NCBI RefSeq assembly: GCF_018350175.1
Contig: NC_058368.1
Span: 223,078,001 to 223,142,000 of the forward strand
Reading direction: 5' to 3'
From: Felis catus
Taxonomy: Eukaryota
DNA length: 64,000 nucleotides
Part shown: positions 12,231 to 25,163 of the stretch, piece after piece
How the letters are laid out: every line of letters starts with the position of its first letter
Numbering within the stretch: the stretch's first letter is position 1
Notes under the pieces: model-generated
The model's input: the letters and a program-made list of their open reading frames with translations, nothing else
The model's database searches: none
What the model was told of the DNA's origin: nothing
Position numbers and translations under genes: made by a program

Positions 12231-15028
12231 TTGGATGGCAAACAATATAACATTAATCATTATAAACATTATGTGTATGTATTTTGCTTACTATGTTTAT
12301 TTTAAGAAATTACCAGGCAACAATTTTTCAATTAGAATTAAATTATTTATAATATTATCTTTTATTGTGTATTTAAATTTCTAGGTCCAATCAATTGTAT
12401 CTAATTGACATAAACCCTTGGAATGAGAGACCTCACATATGATATCATTATTACTTTATTTTTTTAATGAGCAAAGACATTGAAGAAAATGTTTTTAAAC
12501 TTCTTAAAAATTAATAGAAAAACTAATGTGAAATCAACACAAAAATTAAATAGGATAAGTTTCTCCAGTATTCTGACAAAAACTTGGAAACCCTAAGTCT
12601 GTAGGAAAAGAGAGCCACAGATGTAATAGGACAAGAAACTATTTTTAAATCATTTTTATCATTGTATCATTATCAGTTATTTTCTTGATAATGTAAGGGT
12701 GCTGAAGCAAGGCATTGTGATTTTGACATTATCACCATGCAGGGGTATGGATTCAACCCGCAGGGAGGTTTCAAAATTAATCACGGAGCCTGTATTTCAA
12801 AGTTGTTGAGTAAAATTTCATCAGAAGGACCAACAAATACACAATCATTACATGAGAACATCATTCTCAGTCATAAAGTTAATGAATCTCAAAAACCAGT
12901 TATAAAAACATACAAATGTTTTACATATTTGAAATAGAAGATATATATTACTGCACCATATATGCGTAGAAGGTAATTCCTATGAAAGGCTCTTTGGGAA
13001 TTATCCCAGCTGGTCCTCACAGCAGCCCAGGGTATTCGACTGAGCACATCCAACGTCTTTATTCTAGAGTTGCTGCTAAACACTGAGGTAAAGAGTTTAA
13101 TTTAGTTATTGTCAAATGCCTGCGGGTCTTCTGGTCAGCAAAAGAATGAAGGTCTTCAGTTAAGTGCTTTTGCGTACATGGATCTGAAAAGCCAACAATA
13201 GAACTAAGTTCATACAAATAAAAATAAATAAATAAATGAACAAACATACATCCGCACATACAGGAAAGTGTCTGTAAACAGCCCCCAAGAAGGGCAGCAG
13301 TACCCCCACGTAGCCTCATCCCGGTGATTCCCAGGGCAGAGGACAGCCTGGAGGACAATCAGTTGGCATTCCTGGGTCTCGTCTGTCCCCAACCTTGTCT
13401 GGGTAGGGCTGGAGTCCCTATCCCCTAACTTCTGTCCTGTCCTGCTGTGGGGGCTGAGCTGGGAGGTTCAGGGACTCAGGGCTCAGCTCAGTTCCCTGTC
13501 TGTCCTCCCCACCTTCTTGAATAAAATAATTTAGAAAGAAAAAAAAGAAATTAATAAGATCAGACTTATGACTGAATCATGCATCACGAAATTGTGTTGA
13601 CACGCGTCATTTTGTAAAGCAAAAGCTCGGCTTCCAAAATAACAGCTCCCAATTAAGAGCCAAAGACACCAGAACCAAGATAAATCGCAGGGACGAGCCA
13701 TTTTATTTGCCAATTTTTCCTGATAAAGTCAATTCATCTTTTACTCTTCAGTGTGTCTATATATGAAATAGGAAAAAAATGTCATCAGGCTTTTGTGTTG
13801 CATTCCAGATCAAATAGCTGACTTTCAACCATGGTGTTTTCAATTTGTGAAGTCCACAGATTATTTGTCACTGCCACCTTTGTGCAGTGTGGTTTCTGAA
13901 ACTACAGAGAAAGTTTTAACGGAATGCAAACAGTGTTTGTTTTCACAATAACCCATTAAAGCAACACATGAATTGTAAATATATTATTCGGGATTATTCT
14001 TATGTTGTATAAAATATAATACTTTATAATACAACATAAGAAGCAGCCGAGACAAATTACATGCATGCTTAAAATGTGTTTTTAGTTCACTGTAAATACT
14101 TCTTTACTTTGTATCTGCTTGCTGGACGCTGAACTTTATACTAAATTATAGTCTTAACCAGGAGGAGCACAAAGTCTAGTTGGGGAGGCAGACAAATGTC
14201 CAGACAACATTTGTTTCTTCAGTGGTGACTCAGGGCAAGCTCCATGCTGGTAGTTGGATACATAGGGAGACAATATGTGGTACTTTTATAATTAAAGATA
14301 TTTAGGAGATAGAATGTCTAGGTGTAGTGTCTAAATCTCTGGAAAGGGAGATTGAGTATCTTGTGTAGTGTGTGACCCCATCACAGTGTCTTGTACTCAG
14401 AATTAACTCATGCAATCCCTTTATTTGAAAGATGTCTAAAACAATGTCCTAATGACTTTTCAGCTAGGTATTACATTAGACTAGTTGTGAAATTTCTGAG
14501 ATTAGATTCCTCACTAGCAAAAGGAGACACTCGTCAAAGCCCACTGTGCCTCAATAAAAAATTGTCCTTTGTGGCTACTGTTACAATTTTGGTTCTTTGG
14601 AATTACTTTAATTTTACATTATAATAAGTAAATGAAGATGAAGAGAATTAATGCTTACTCCATGAAACCCAGCTACAATTTGTCAGGATTGTAACTAATT
14701 CTTGAGATGTGAAGCATACAAAGTTGATTATTGATAAAACAAGGTATTTTTTTGAATCATGTAAAAATGCGAATGGCATTATAAAGCAATAAAGTATGAT
14801 GGCTTCTGGTTTTATTTTTATTAGTGTCATGGCACTGAGAATAATATTTCTTTTGGTATAATTAAATAAACATTTTATGAAAAATTGATCCACAGTATTG
14901 ATAAGCTGATTCAATAATGCACTAGTAAAAAATTCATACATGAATATTTCTCAGAACTATTTTTATTAAGTGTTAATGAAAGAAACAAAACATTCGAAGG
15001 CTGAAAACTTTTTGATCAAAGGCAAATT

Positions 15029-15200
15029 GGGGCACCTACTTCAGCTCAGGTCATGATCTTGTGGTTTGTGAGTTGGAGCCCCGTGTGGAGCCCCGTGGAG
15101 CCCATTTCAGATTCTGTGTCTCCCTCTCTCTCTGCACCTCCCCCACTGATGCCCTGTCTCTCTTTCCTTCAAAAATAAATTAACATTATTTTTTTTTTAA
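15029..15200 (+). mobile_element. Internally deleted CanSINE
   Basis: ggggcacct joined directly to acttcagctcaggtcatgatc, followed by a CT tract and AATAAA tail. Confidence 0.88.
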
Positions 15201-15448
15201 AAACACATTTTTATTTGTCTGAAAAGCATATTAGGTAAAACTTATTGTGCATTAAATACATAAATGTAAGTTTATGATAAGATTTAAATGAAGAATAATT
15301 TAGAACAATAAACTGAGAACATTGATCAATTGTGCATCTCACAAAATGTGCTTGGATATTATTTTATTACTTGGACAGTTTGATCTGAGTATTCTGAGCT
15401 GACTTTAATCTATTTGAAGGCATTTTGAATACATGGATGTGTAAGACA

Positions 15449-15761
15449 CAATGGACCCTTGAACAACATGAAGTGAGAGGTATCAACCCACTGCACAGTC
15501 AAAAACAATGTTTGACTTTTCCAGAACTTAACTACTAATAACCTCTGCTTGACCAGTAGCCTTACTAATGACATAAACAGTTAATACTTTGTATGTTATC
15601 TTTCTCATATGCTGTATTCTTACAATAAAGTAAGCTAGAGAAAGCATATGTTATTAGGAAACTCTTAAGAGAAAATGCATTTACATTGCCATATTTTATT
15701 GAAAAAAATTTGAGTAATAAATGAACACATGAAGTTCAAACACATGTTCGAGGGTCAAATA
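15449..15761. mobile_element. Tigger2a-like non-autonomous DNA transposon (TcMar-Tigger)
   Basis: Decayed TIRs caatggacccttgaacaacatg ... catgttcgagggtcaaat. Internal motifs aacttaactactaata and gtattcttacaataaagtaagctagagaaa match the Tigger2a consensus as recalled. Confidence 0.85.
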
Positions 15762-17045
15762 TATTTTTTCTATGATAATTTTTTTAAACTTCAATTTCTA
15801 TTTTTAGTTGAAGTATAGTTTATGTAAAATTACATTAGTTTCAGTTGTACAATGTAGTGGTTTGAAAATCGCATACGGTATGAAAGGCTCACCATGATGC
15901 ACGTAGCTACCATCTGTCACCATACAACAACGCCTTAACTGTATTCTCTATGCTGTACATTTTCTCCCCCTGGCTTATTTTATAACTAGAAGTTTTTACC
16001 TCTTATTCTCCTTCCATTATCCCACCTCATTCCTCATCATCCCTCTGTTCTGCCAAACACCAGTTTGTTCTCTGATTTTGAACATGTGTTTTGTAGGTGT
16101 TTTGTTTTATTCACTTTTGTCTTTTAGATTCCGCCTATAGGTGAACTCACTGTATTTTTCTCTGACTTATTTCACTTACCATTATACCCTCCAGATGTAT
16201 TCATATTGTCACAAATGGCCAGGATTTCATTCTTTTGTTACAGCTGAGTAATATTCCATTTTGTATATACACATATTTTCTTGTCCATTCATCTATTTAT
16301 GGACATGTAAGTTTCTTTCATATCTTAGCTACTGTAAATAGTACAGGTAATAAAGATACGGGTGCATATATCTTTTCCAATTAGTGTTTTTGCTTTCTTC
16401 AGGCAAATACCTAGGAGTGAAATGGGTGGCTTGCATGGTATTTCTATTTTTAATTTTTTGATAAAACCCCATATTGTTTTCTATAGTGTTTGTACCAATT
16501 TACATTCATATTAATGGAGCAAGAGGGTTATCTTTCCTCCACATTTTTGCCAACCCTTATTTCTTGTCTTTCTGATACTGGCTATTCTGACTGGTATGAG
16601 GTAATATCTCTTTGTGGTTTTGATTTGCATTTCCCTGTTGATTAGTAATGTGGAACATTTTTCACATATCTGTTGGCCATCTGTATGCCTTCTTTGGAAA
16701 CATTTCTGTTCAGGTTTTCTTCCCATCTTTTAATCAGAGTATTTGTGTGTTGTTGAGTTATAGGAGTTATTGGTATATTTTGGTTATTAAACCCTTATCA
16801 GATATATCATCTGCAAATATCTTCTCTCATTAAGTAGGTGGCCTTTTTGTGGATGGTTTCCATCACTGTGCAAAAACATTGGAGTTTAACGTATTATCAA
16901 TTGTTTATTTCTGATTTTGTTTCCCTTGTCCAGGAAGACATATTCAGAATAATACTGCTGAGGTTAATGTCCAGAAAATAACTGTGCATGATTTCTTTTG
17001 GAGACTTAATGGTTCCACGTCCTGGATTTGGGTCTTTAATTCATT

Positions 17046-17234
17046 GGTTTAAAGTGTTTTTTTTTTTGGTTTTTGTTTGTTTGATTGGGGTGGGGGAGGT
17101 GTGCAGAGAGAGAGGGAGAGAGAATCGCAAGGAGGATCTGCACTGAGAGCATACGGCTGGATCTCAAGGTTCATGAGATCATGACCTGAGCCAAAATCAA
17201 GAATCCAATGCTTAACTGACTAACACAGGTGCCC
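17046..17234 (-). mobile_element. CanSINE inserted in L1
   Basis: SINE head motif. TSD TTTAATTCAT on both sides. Confidence 0.88.
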
Positions 17235-18650
17235 TTTAATTCATGTTGAGTTTATTTTTGCATATGGTGTATCAAAGTGGTCAATTTTCATTCCTTTGCA
17301 TGTTAAGATGTCCAGTTTTGCCAAAACCATTTATTGAAGAGGCTGTCTTTTCCCCACTGTATATTCTTGACTCCTGTGTGGTAATTGACCATATAAGTGT
17401 TGGTTTATTTCTTGGCTCTCTATCCTGTTCTATTGACCTATGTGTCTATTTTTGTGTATATTTTGATTACTTATGGCTTTGTAGTATAGTTTAAAGTCTG
17501 GAATTGTGATGCCTCCAACTCTGTTCTTCTTTCTCAAGGAGTGTTTTGGCTATTTGGGGTATTTTGTGGTTCCATAGAATTTTAGGATTTTTTTTATTCT
17601 AGTTCTGAGAAAAATGCTATTGGTATTGTTTAAACAGAGATCGCTTTGAATTTGTAGATTTCTTTGGGTAGTGTGGACATTTAAAAAAATATTCTTTCAA
17701 TCCATGGGCATATTATATCTTTCCATTTGTTTTCAACTTCTTTCATTAATGTCTTATAATTTTCAGAGTACAGGTGTTTCACCTCTTTGGCTAAATTTAT
17801 TCTTAGATGTTTTATTCTTTCTGTTGCAGTTGTAAATGGGATTGTTTTCTTAATATCTCTTTCTACTGGTTATTAGCATGTAGAAATGCAACAGATCTTT
17901 ATATGATGACTCTGTGTTCTGCAACTGTGATGGATTCATTTATTCTAATAGTTTTTGGTGGTGTCTTTAGGGTTTTCTGTATGTATATCATGCCATCTGC
18001 AAATAGTGACCGTTTACTTCTCCCTTACCAAGTTGGATCTTTTTTTTTTTTCTTTTTCCAGTTTGATTACTGTGGCTAGGACTTCCAATACTATGTTCAG
18101 TAAAAGTAGCAAGAATGGACATCTGTATTTTGCTCCTGATGTTACAGTTTTTTTAATCTATTTTTTGTGATATAAGTATTGCAGCCCCAGTTTTTTCCCC
18201 TCACTTTCATTGGTATGGGATATTTTTTCCATCATTTCACTTTTAGGTGGTGTCTTTGGTCTGAAGTGAGCATTTTGTAGGCAGCATAAACATAGGTCTT
18301 TTTTTCTTTTAATCCACTAAGTCACCCTAGGTTTTCTTTCTTACTTTTTAAAATTTCTTTTCCCTGGAGAAAGTTTTTTTTTTTTTTTTTAACATTTCTT
18401 TTAAGGCCAGTACAGTGGTGATGAACTCCTTTAGCTTTTGTTTGGGGAAATATTTATCTCTCCTTAAATTCGAGATGATAACCTTGAGAATAAAATAGTC
18501 TTGGTTGTATTTTTTTCCCCTTTCTGCACTTTGCAGGCCAGAAAGAGGTAACATCATATATTCAAAGTTTCTACTCAAAAATAGGCTCATAGCCTTATGG
18601 GTTTCCTTGGTACATAATGGTTTGTTTTCCTCTTGTTCCTCTTAATATTA

Positions 18651-18811
18651 TATTTTTTAAATGTTTTTAAAGTTTATTTTGAGACAGAACAAGAGAGTGA
18701 GCAGGAATGAAGGAGGACCCCGATGTGGGTTCGATCCCACGAACCGTGAGCTCATGACCTGAACCAAAATTAAGAGTTGGAGGCTTAACGAACCACACCA
18801 CCCAGGTGCCC
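18651..18811 (-). mobile_element. CanSINE inserted in L1 ORF1
   Basis: ctcatgacctgaaccaaaattaagagttgg...cacccaggtgccc head and T-rich tail. Confidence 0.88.
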
Positions 18812-20275
18812 TTATATTTTTAATTTTTATCATTCTAATTAGCATGTACCATTGTGTGGACCACCTTGGGTTATCTTATTTAGGACTCTCTGCTGCCTGG
18901 ATCTGGATAGGTTTCCTTTCCCAGGTTAGGGAAGTTTTCAGCTATTATTTCTTCAGTTAATTTTCTGCCCCTATTCTTTCCCTTTTATTTCTGGGATCCC
19001 TATAATGTTATTATGCCTGATGTTGTCACAGAGATCCCTTTATGCTATCCTAATTTTTATGTATCTATTTTTTCTTTTTGTTGTTCTTGGTTGCTTCCAC
19101 TATGCTGTCTTCCAGATTGCTGGTCCATCCTTTTTTATGCTCCGATCTGCTATTGGCCCCCTCTGGTGTATTTTTCCTTTTTAGTTATTGAATTCATCAG
19201 CTCTGACTGGTTATTTTTTGTTTTCTATCTCTCCATCACAGTTCTGAGTATTCAGCTATGCTTCTCACATGTCCAATGAATAACTTGGTGACCGTTACTT
19301 TGAACTCTTTATCAGATAGACTGCTTACCTCTGTTTCATTTAGCGTTGTCTCTCTCTCTTTCTTTCTCTCTCTCTCTCTCTTTCTCTTGGGTTTTCTCTT
19401 ATTCTTTCATTTGGATCGTATTTCTCTGTCTTCTAATTTTGTCTGGCTCTCTATGTTTGTTAGTATGTTTTAGGTTGGTTAGCTACATCTTTGCATCTTG
19501 AAAGTAGTGGCTTTATGTAGAAGACATCTGTGGTGCCCAGTAGTATAAGCCCCTAGGCTCACCAAAAAGAGGTTCTCCATGGTGTTTTTGTGTGTAGACT
19601 GTGTGAGCTCTCTTGTTGCAACTGAGCTACAATGGCTGTGGATGTGCTGATGCACAGGGCTGTGCCTCAGCCCTGCTATCAGCAATGACTGGCAGTGATG
19701 ATCGTGGGTATACTGGTGGGCAAGGCTTGCCCTTTTTGGGGATGGCTGAGAGGCATGACTATAATACTCATGGTTGGGGCCATCTTCTGTTGCATCAGAG
19801 TGAGAAGCCCAGCTGTAAATACTTCAGGCTTGCTGATGGGTGAGGCTCCTTACCTCCCTGGTGGCAGGATTCAGTCTGGAGCAGTGTTAGTCCCAGCTGG
19901 GGCCACTTTCCGGGTCTGATTAGATGACAGTCTCACTGGGATGACATAAATCTAGACTCAGCAGTCCACTGAGTGTGGCAGAGCAGGGGCTAATTTGGAG
20001 GTATACCTGCCAGGGCAAGTGAGTTGTGTAGGGCAGGTCTGTAGGGAAACAGGTGGGCAAGGCAAGTGGTGCTAGCAAGGTCGATGGAATGAGTCAAAAT
20101 GACTCCTTCAAGTGACCTGCCAGCTAGACTGAAGTAGGGCAAGTAAAATGGCACCCATCAGTACTTCTGATCCCAGGAAAAGTTCATGCAATTCTTACCC
20201 TCTGGCACATGTCCCAAAATTATTCAATAAATCTCCTTCATGTTTACCCCTGGTCCTTTTTAAACTGCTACTTCT

Positions 20276-20466
20276 GGGGAGCCTGGATGGCTCAGTTGGT
20301 TAAGCATTGGACTTCAGCTCAGTTGATAATCTCACAGTTCATGAGTTCAAGCCCCACATAGGGTTCTCTACTGTCAGCATGCAGCCCACTTCAGATCCTC
20401 TGTCTCCTTCATTATCCAGCCTTCCACTGCTTACACCCCACACCCCTCCAAAAATATAAATAAACA
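20276..20466 (+). mobile_element. CanSINE inserted in L1 5' UTR
   Basis: ggggagcctggatggctcagttggttaagc head and A-rich tail. Confidence 0.88.
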
Positions 20467-21289
20467 TCTGTTTGGGGTCTCGGGCCAACTGATAGAGTTT
20501 CCTGGCCCTTTATGAGTGAAGACTTGGTTTTCTGTAGCCCTTCAGCTCCCCTGGAGTTAAACCCTACTGATTTTCAAAGCTTCTGGAACGAAGTCTCACC
20601 AGTTTTCAAAGCAAGATGTTATGGGGTGTTGTGCTTTCATTACAGGTCCCCAGGTCTAGGGGTGCCTTGTGTATGGCTTGATCCCCTTACTCTTCCATGC
20701 GTATGGAACACCTCCTGCTTGCAGGTTACCCAACTGGGAGTTTAATTCCTAACCACGCCTCTGCCCTTCCTATTTCCCTGATGTGGCCTTCTTTCAGTGA
20801 AAGATCCTTTTTGTCACTCTTCAGGTGTGTTTAGAGTAACATCTTCATATGTACTGTTTGCATTGGTGTCTCCATGGAAGATGAGCTCAGGATCCTCCTA
20901 CACGGCCATTCCTTCCCCATCACTCTCCCAGATTTATAGCTTTAATCAGACATGTGCCTGTCACCTTTATTTCTCTGTAATAAATTAGTGGAAAAAAAAA
21001 ACAAAAAAAACACTGTTAACTTTCTGTCCGTCTCCCTTTTGGTAATTGCTCCCATGCCAATAAAGCCTAGTCCGGTTACATCTAGAAACAAATCAATGCT
21101 GTCTCCATCAGGTTACAAACCAGGAAGCTGAAGACATTGTCTCGTATACTGAACACACAAAATAAAATAAAATAACCACTCTGTTCATATTGTTGACGAT
21201 TAACAGTGTGCCATCACATTTGATGTCTTATAAGGCAACATGTAGGCTGCTGCTTTATTTATGTTGGCTTATAATTCAGAACTGCTTTC

Positions 21290-21480
21290 AAATCTTATTT
21301 CTGAGTTCAGATGTTGATTCCACCTCTTTCCAGGTGTATGATGTGGAGTTTGCCTAGTCCCTCTGTATCTGTTGTTCCATGTGTAGAAAGGAAGGTAATG
21401 TTACCTTCATTGTTGGGTTTTGTGTGGATTCAGTCTTTGAATGTAACAGATTTGGGAGTGTTTGGCATGTTGATTGCCAG
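21290..21480 (+). mobile_element. Probable MIR
   Basis: Decayed MIR core-like sequence (ctgagttcagatgttgattccacctct...ggtaatgttaccttcattg). Confidence 0.5.
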
Positions 21481-22247
21481 GGGAGTGATGATTAACTGTA
21501 GTTTCCTGACCACTTAAAGATCTAAATCATGAAATAACCTCTAAGATGCAGATTTTTCTATAGTATACATCAAACTAAAATTAGAGTAAATGGCATATTA
21601 ATTTTAAGGGAATATTTTGTTTAGCAGCCAAATGAGGATTTACTAAAGCAATGCTAATTTACCATTTTTATTAAATGGATGTAAAAAAATCATTTCACCG
21701 TTGTAATTGCATGCTGATAGTTTTACTATTGTCCTCATTATTTAATTTTAAATACAATTTTCTACATATTCTTTTTAACAATTTTAAACAATGCAGAAAC
21801 AAATAATTCTACCATTCCCACTCACCAAGTATGAAGACTGGTAATAATTGGCAAATATATTTCAAAATATTTTGTATATACATCCAAATCTATACATGCA
21901 TTCATTTAAGATAGGACAACTTATATTTAATTATAGTTAATAACTTAAACATCATGTAAGTTAATTGGTATCTGTTATGAAATATAATTGTTTATAAATA
22001 TATAATTAAAATAATCATATTGTCACCAAACTAGTTTTAGATGGCAAGTCAAGTTATTCTGATGCTTAGTTTTGTCAATATCTATTCAATGAACATTGTA
22101 TAAGTCGAAAGTAATCCTATTGTTTTTAGATGTTTTTTTTTTTCAAAAAGCTTTTGATATTTTCATTATATGGGCTCTTTCAGCTTTATTGAGCTCTGAC
22201 ACAACATTGTGTAAGTTAAAGGTGTACAATATGTTAATTTGATACAG

Positions 22248-22466
22248 TTATTTTATTTATGTTTATTTTAGAGAGAGAGCAAGAGCAGGGGAGAGGGGCA
22301 GATGGAAGGAGGGAAAGAGAGAGAGAGAGATTGAGAGAGAGAGAATCCTAATCAGGCTCTACACTGAACCACCCCAAAGCAAGGCTTGATCCCACAACCC
22401 TGGGATCATGACCTGAGCCAAAATTATGAGTCAGATGCTCAATGAACTGAGCCAGCCAGGCACCCC
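22248..22466 (-). mobile_element. CanSINE in L1 3' UTR
   Basis: Typical body. TSD TTTGATACA. Confidence 0.9.
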
Positions 22467-23447
22467 TGTTTGATACACTTATATACTGCAAAATGATTAC
22501 CACCATAGCCTTAGCTGACATCAGCATGTCCCATAAATACAATGTGTGTGTGTGTGTGTGTGTGTGTGGTGAGAATATTTAAGATTTTCTCTTTTAGTAA
22601 TTTTCAAGTATATAATGCAATATTAATAAATGTAATCACCATTCTAGACGTTGGATATCCTGAAATGATTCATCTTACACTTGGAAGTTTGTGATCTTTG
22701 ATGAACATATCTGCTTTTACCCCACCTAATAGTTCCAGGTAACCATCATTCTACCTCTGTTTCTAGAGGTTTGGCTTAATAGCTTCCACAGAGAAGTTAT
22801 AGAGTATTTTTTCTTTCCAACATATTTCACTTAGGACAAATCCTCAAGGTTCATTTATACTTTTACAAATGGAAGGATGTCTTTTCTCATAGCTGAACAG
22901 AATTGTGTTATGTGCACATGCACGCAAGTACGCACACATACACACACCTTCTTTATCCCTTTACCTGTTGGCAAACGCTTAGGTTGTTTCCACATCTTGC
23001 CTATTCTGAATAACACTGGAGTAAATATCGGAGTGCAGGTACCTATTCCAGCTCATGTTATTTACTTTGGATATATATCCAGAAGTAGGATTGCTTAACT
23101 ATATTACAGTTTTATTTCTAATATTCTGAAGAACCTCTGTACTGTTTTCAGTAGTGGTTGCACTGATTTACATGGCCACCAGTAGTACCCAATGGTTCCT
23201 TTTTTTCCTACATCATCACCAACACTTAAATCTTCTTCAGGATCACCATTCTAACAGGTGTGAAGTCATATGTCATTGTGGCTTTGATTTCCATTTCCCT
23301 GATGATCAGTGATGTTGAGTATCTTTTCATGTATCTGATGGCCATTTGTACGTTGTCTTTGAAAACATCTCTATTCAGGTCCTTTGCCAATTTTGTTATC
23401 AAAATATTTGTTTTCTATTGCTTTGTAGAAGTACAGTATATATTAAC

Positions 23448-23664
23448 TTTTTTTTCTTTAAAATTTTATTTATTTTTGAGAGAGAGAGAGAGAGAATGTG
23501 TGAGTGAGGAAGGGGCAGAGAGAGAGGGATACACAGAATCTAAAGCAGGCTCCAGGCTCTGACTGTCAGCACAAAAGCCAACACAAGGCTCCAACACACA
23601 GACTGCAAGATCATGACCTGAACCAAAGTTGGATGCTCAACTGACTGAGCCACCCAGGGGCCCC
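23448..23664 (-). mobile_element. CanSINE in L1
   Basis: Typical SINEC body and T tail. Confidence 0.92.
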
Positions 23665-24537
23665 TGGATGTTAACCTTTTATCAAATATGTGATCTGCAA
23701 ATATTTTCTCCTGTTTAATGAGTTGCATTTTCATTTTTGTTGATGGTTGCCTTTGCTGTGTGGAGGCTTTTAAATTTGATGTGGTCCCACTAGTTTAGTT
23801 TTACTTTGATTGCCTTTGTTTTTGGTGTCCAACCCAAAGTATCATTGCCAAGGCCTATGTCAAGGAGCGTACTCCCTGCTTTTGTCCAGAACTTTTATGG
23901 TTTAGGACTTACATTCAAGCCTTTATTTCATTTTCAGTTTAGTTCTATGTATGGCATAAGATAGGAGTCCAGTCATTGATTTCCCTGTGGCAGTTTAGTT
24001 TATTCAATACCATTTATTGAAGAGACTATTGTTTCTACATTGTATATTCTTGTCTCCTTTGCTGTAAAGTATTGACCATATAGGCATATCCCCCTGCCAA
24101 GGGTTTCTACTCTATTCCACTGATCTATGTTAATTTTTGTGCCAATATCATACTGTTTTGTTTATTGTAGCTTTGTAATATAGTTTTAAATCAGGGAGTG
24201 TTATGCCACCAGTTTTGTTCTTTCTCTACTGCTTTGAATATTTGGGCATTTTGTGGTTCCACATAAATGTATAGAAGGATTCTTCTATTTCTGTGAAAAA
24301 TTCCATTTGAATTTTGACAGGGATTACATTGGATCTGAAAATGGCTTTGGGTAGTATTTATATTCACATTATTCTTCAAATCTATGAACATGGAATATCT
24401 TCCCATTTATTCGTCTTCCATTTCTATTATCAATAAATTATAGTTTTATCCTACAGATCTTTTACTTCCTTGGTTAAATTTGTTCATAAGCATTTTATTC
24501 TTTTGTAAATGGAATTAAACACATATTCTTCTGATAT

Positions 24538-24706
24538 GGAGAACAAACAGAGGATTACTGGAGGGAGGGGGTTGTGGTTACTGGTTGTGGGAGGGGGGAT
24601 GGGCTAAATGGGTAAGGCTCATTAAGGAATCTACTCCTGAAATCAATGTTGCACTATATGCTAACTAGTTTTGATGTAAATTAAAATAAAATTAAATTAA
24701 AAAAAC
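24538..24706 (+). mobile_element. Short 5'-truncated L1 3' end inserted in older L1
   Basis: gagaacaaacagaggattactggaggg...gggctaaatgggtaag...gcactatatgctaac followed by an A-rich tail. Flanking repeat TTCTGATAT. Confidence 0.8.
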
Positions 24707-24950
24707 AAATTTTTCTGATATTTTATTAGTATATAGAAACACAGCTATTTTATATGTTTTATACCCTGCAACTTTGCTGAATTTGTTTAACATTTTTATG
24801 GAATCTTTAGGGTTTTCAATATATAATATATCATCTGCAAATATAGACATTGTACTTTTTCCTTTCTGATTTGGATGTCATTTATTTATGCATGCATGCC
24901 TAATGGTTCTGGCTACGACTTCCAGCATGATGTTGAATAAAAATATCACA

Positions 24951-25163
24951 GGGCACCTGGGTGGCTCAGTCGGTTGAGCATCCAACTTCGGCTCAGGTCA
25001 TGATCTTGCAGTCAGTGAGTTCAAGCCCTGCATCAGGCTCTGTGCTGACAGCTTAGAGCCTGGAGCCTGTTTCAGATTCTGTGTCTCCTTCCTCCTCTGC
25101 TCCTCCCCCACTCATGCCCTTTCTCTGTCTCTCAAAGATGAATAAATGTTAATTTTTTTTTAA
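24951..25163 (+). mobile_element. SINEC_Fc-type SINE in L1
   Basis: gggcacctgggtggctcagtcggttgagc head. Confidence 0.93.

Larger units (their letters stand above)
15790..20920 (-). mobile_element. Decayed LINE-1 retaining 5' UTR, ORF1 remnant, ORF2 ends and 3' UTR, with an internal ORF2 deletion
   Basis: ORF2 C-terminal remnant (REMQIKTTKRYYLIPVRIA, 16511-16726), ORF1 C-terminal remnant (KLKEFITTVLALKEMLK, 18348-18590) and a GC-richer 5' UTR at 19.5-20.9 kb. Confidence 0.9.

Noticed and set aside
12725..13090. Exon-like stretches (minus SVINFETSLRVESIPLH; ORF 12889..13083; plus-strand GAG|GTAAAG donor)
   Set aside because: Splice sites are weak or phases are incompatible with the exon chain, and the peptide is not recognisable.
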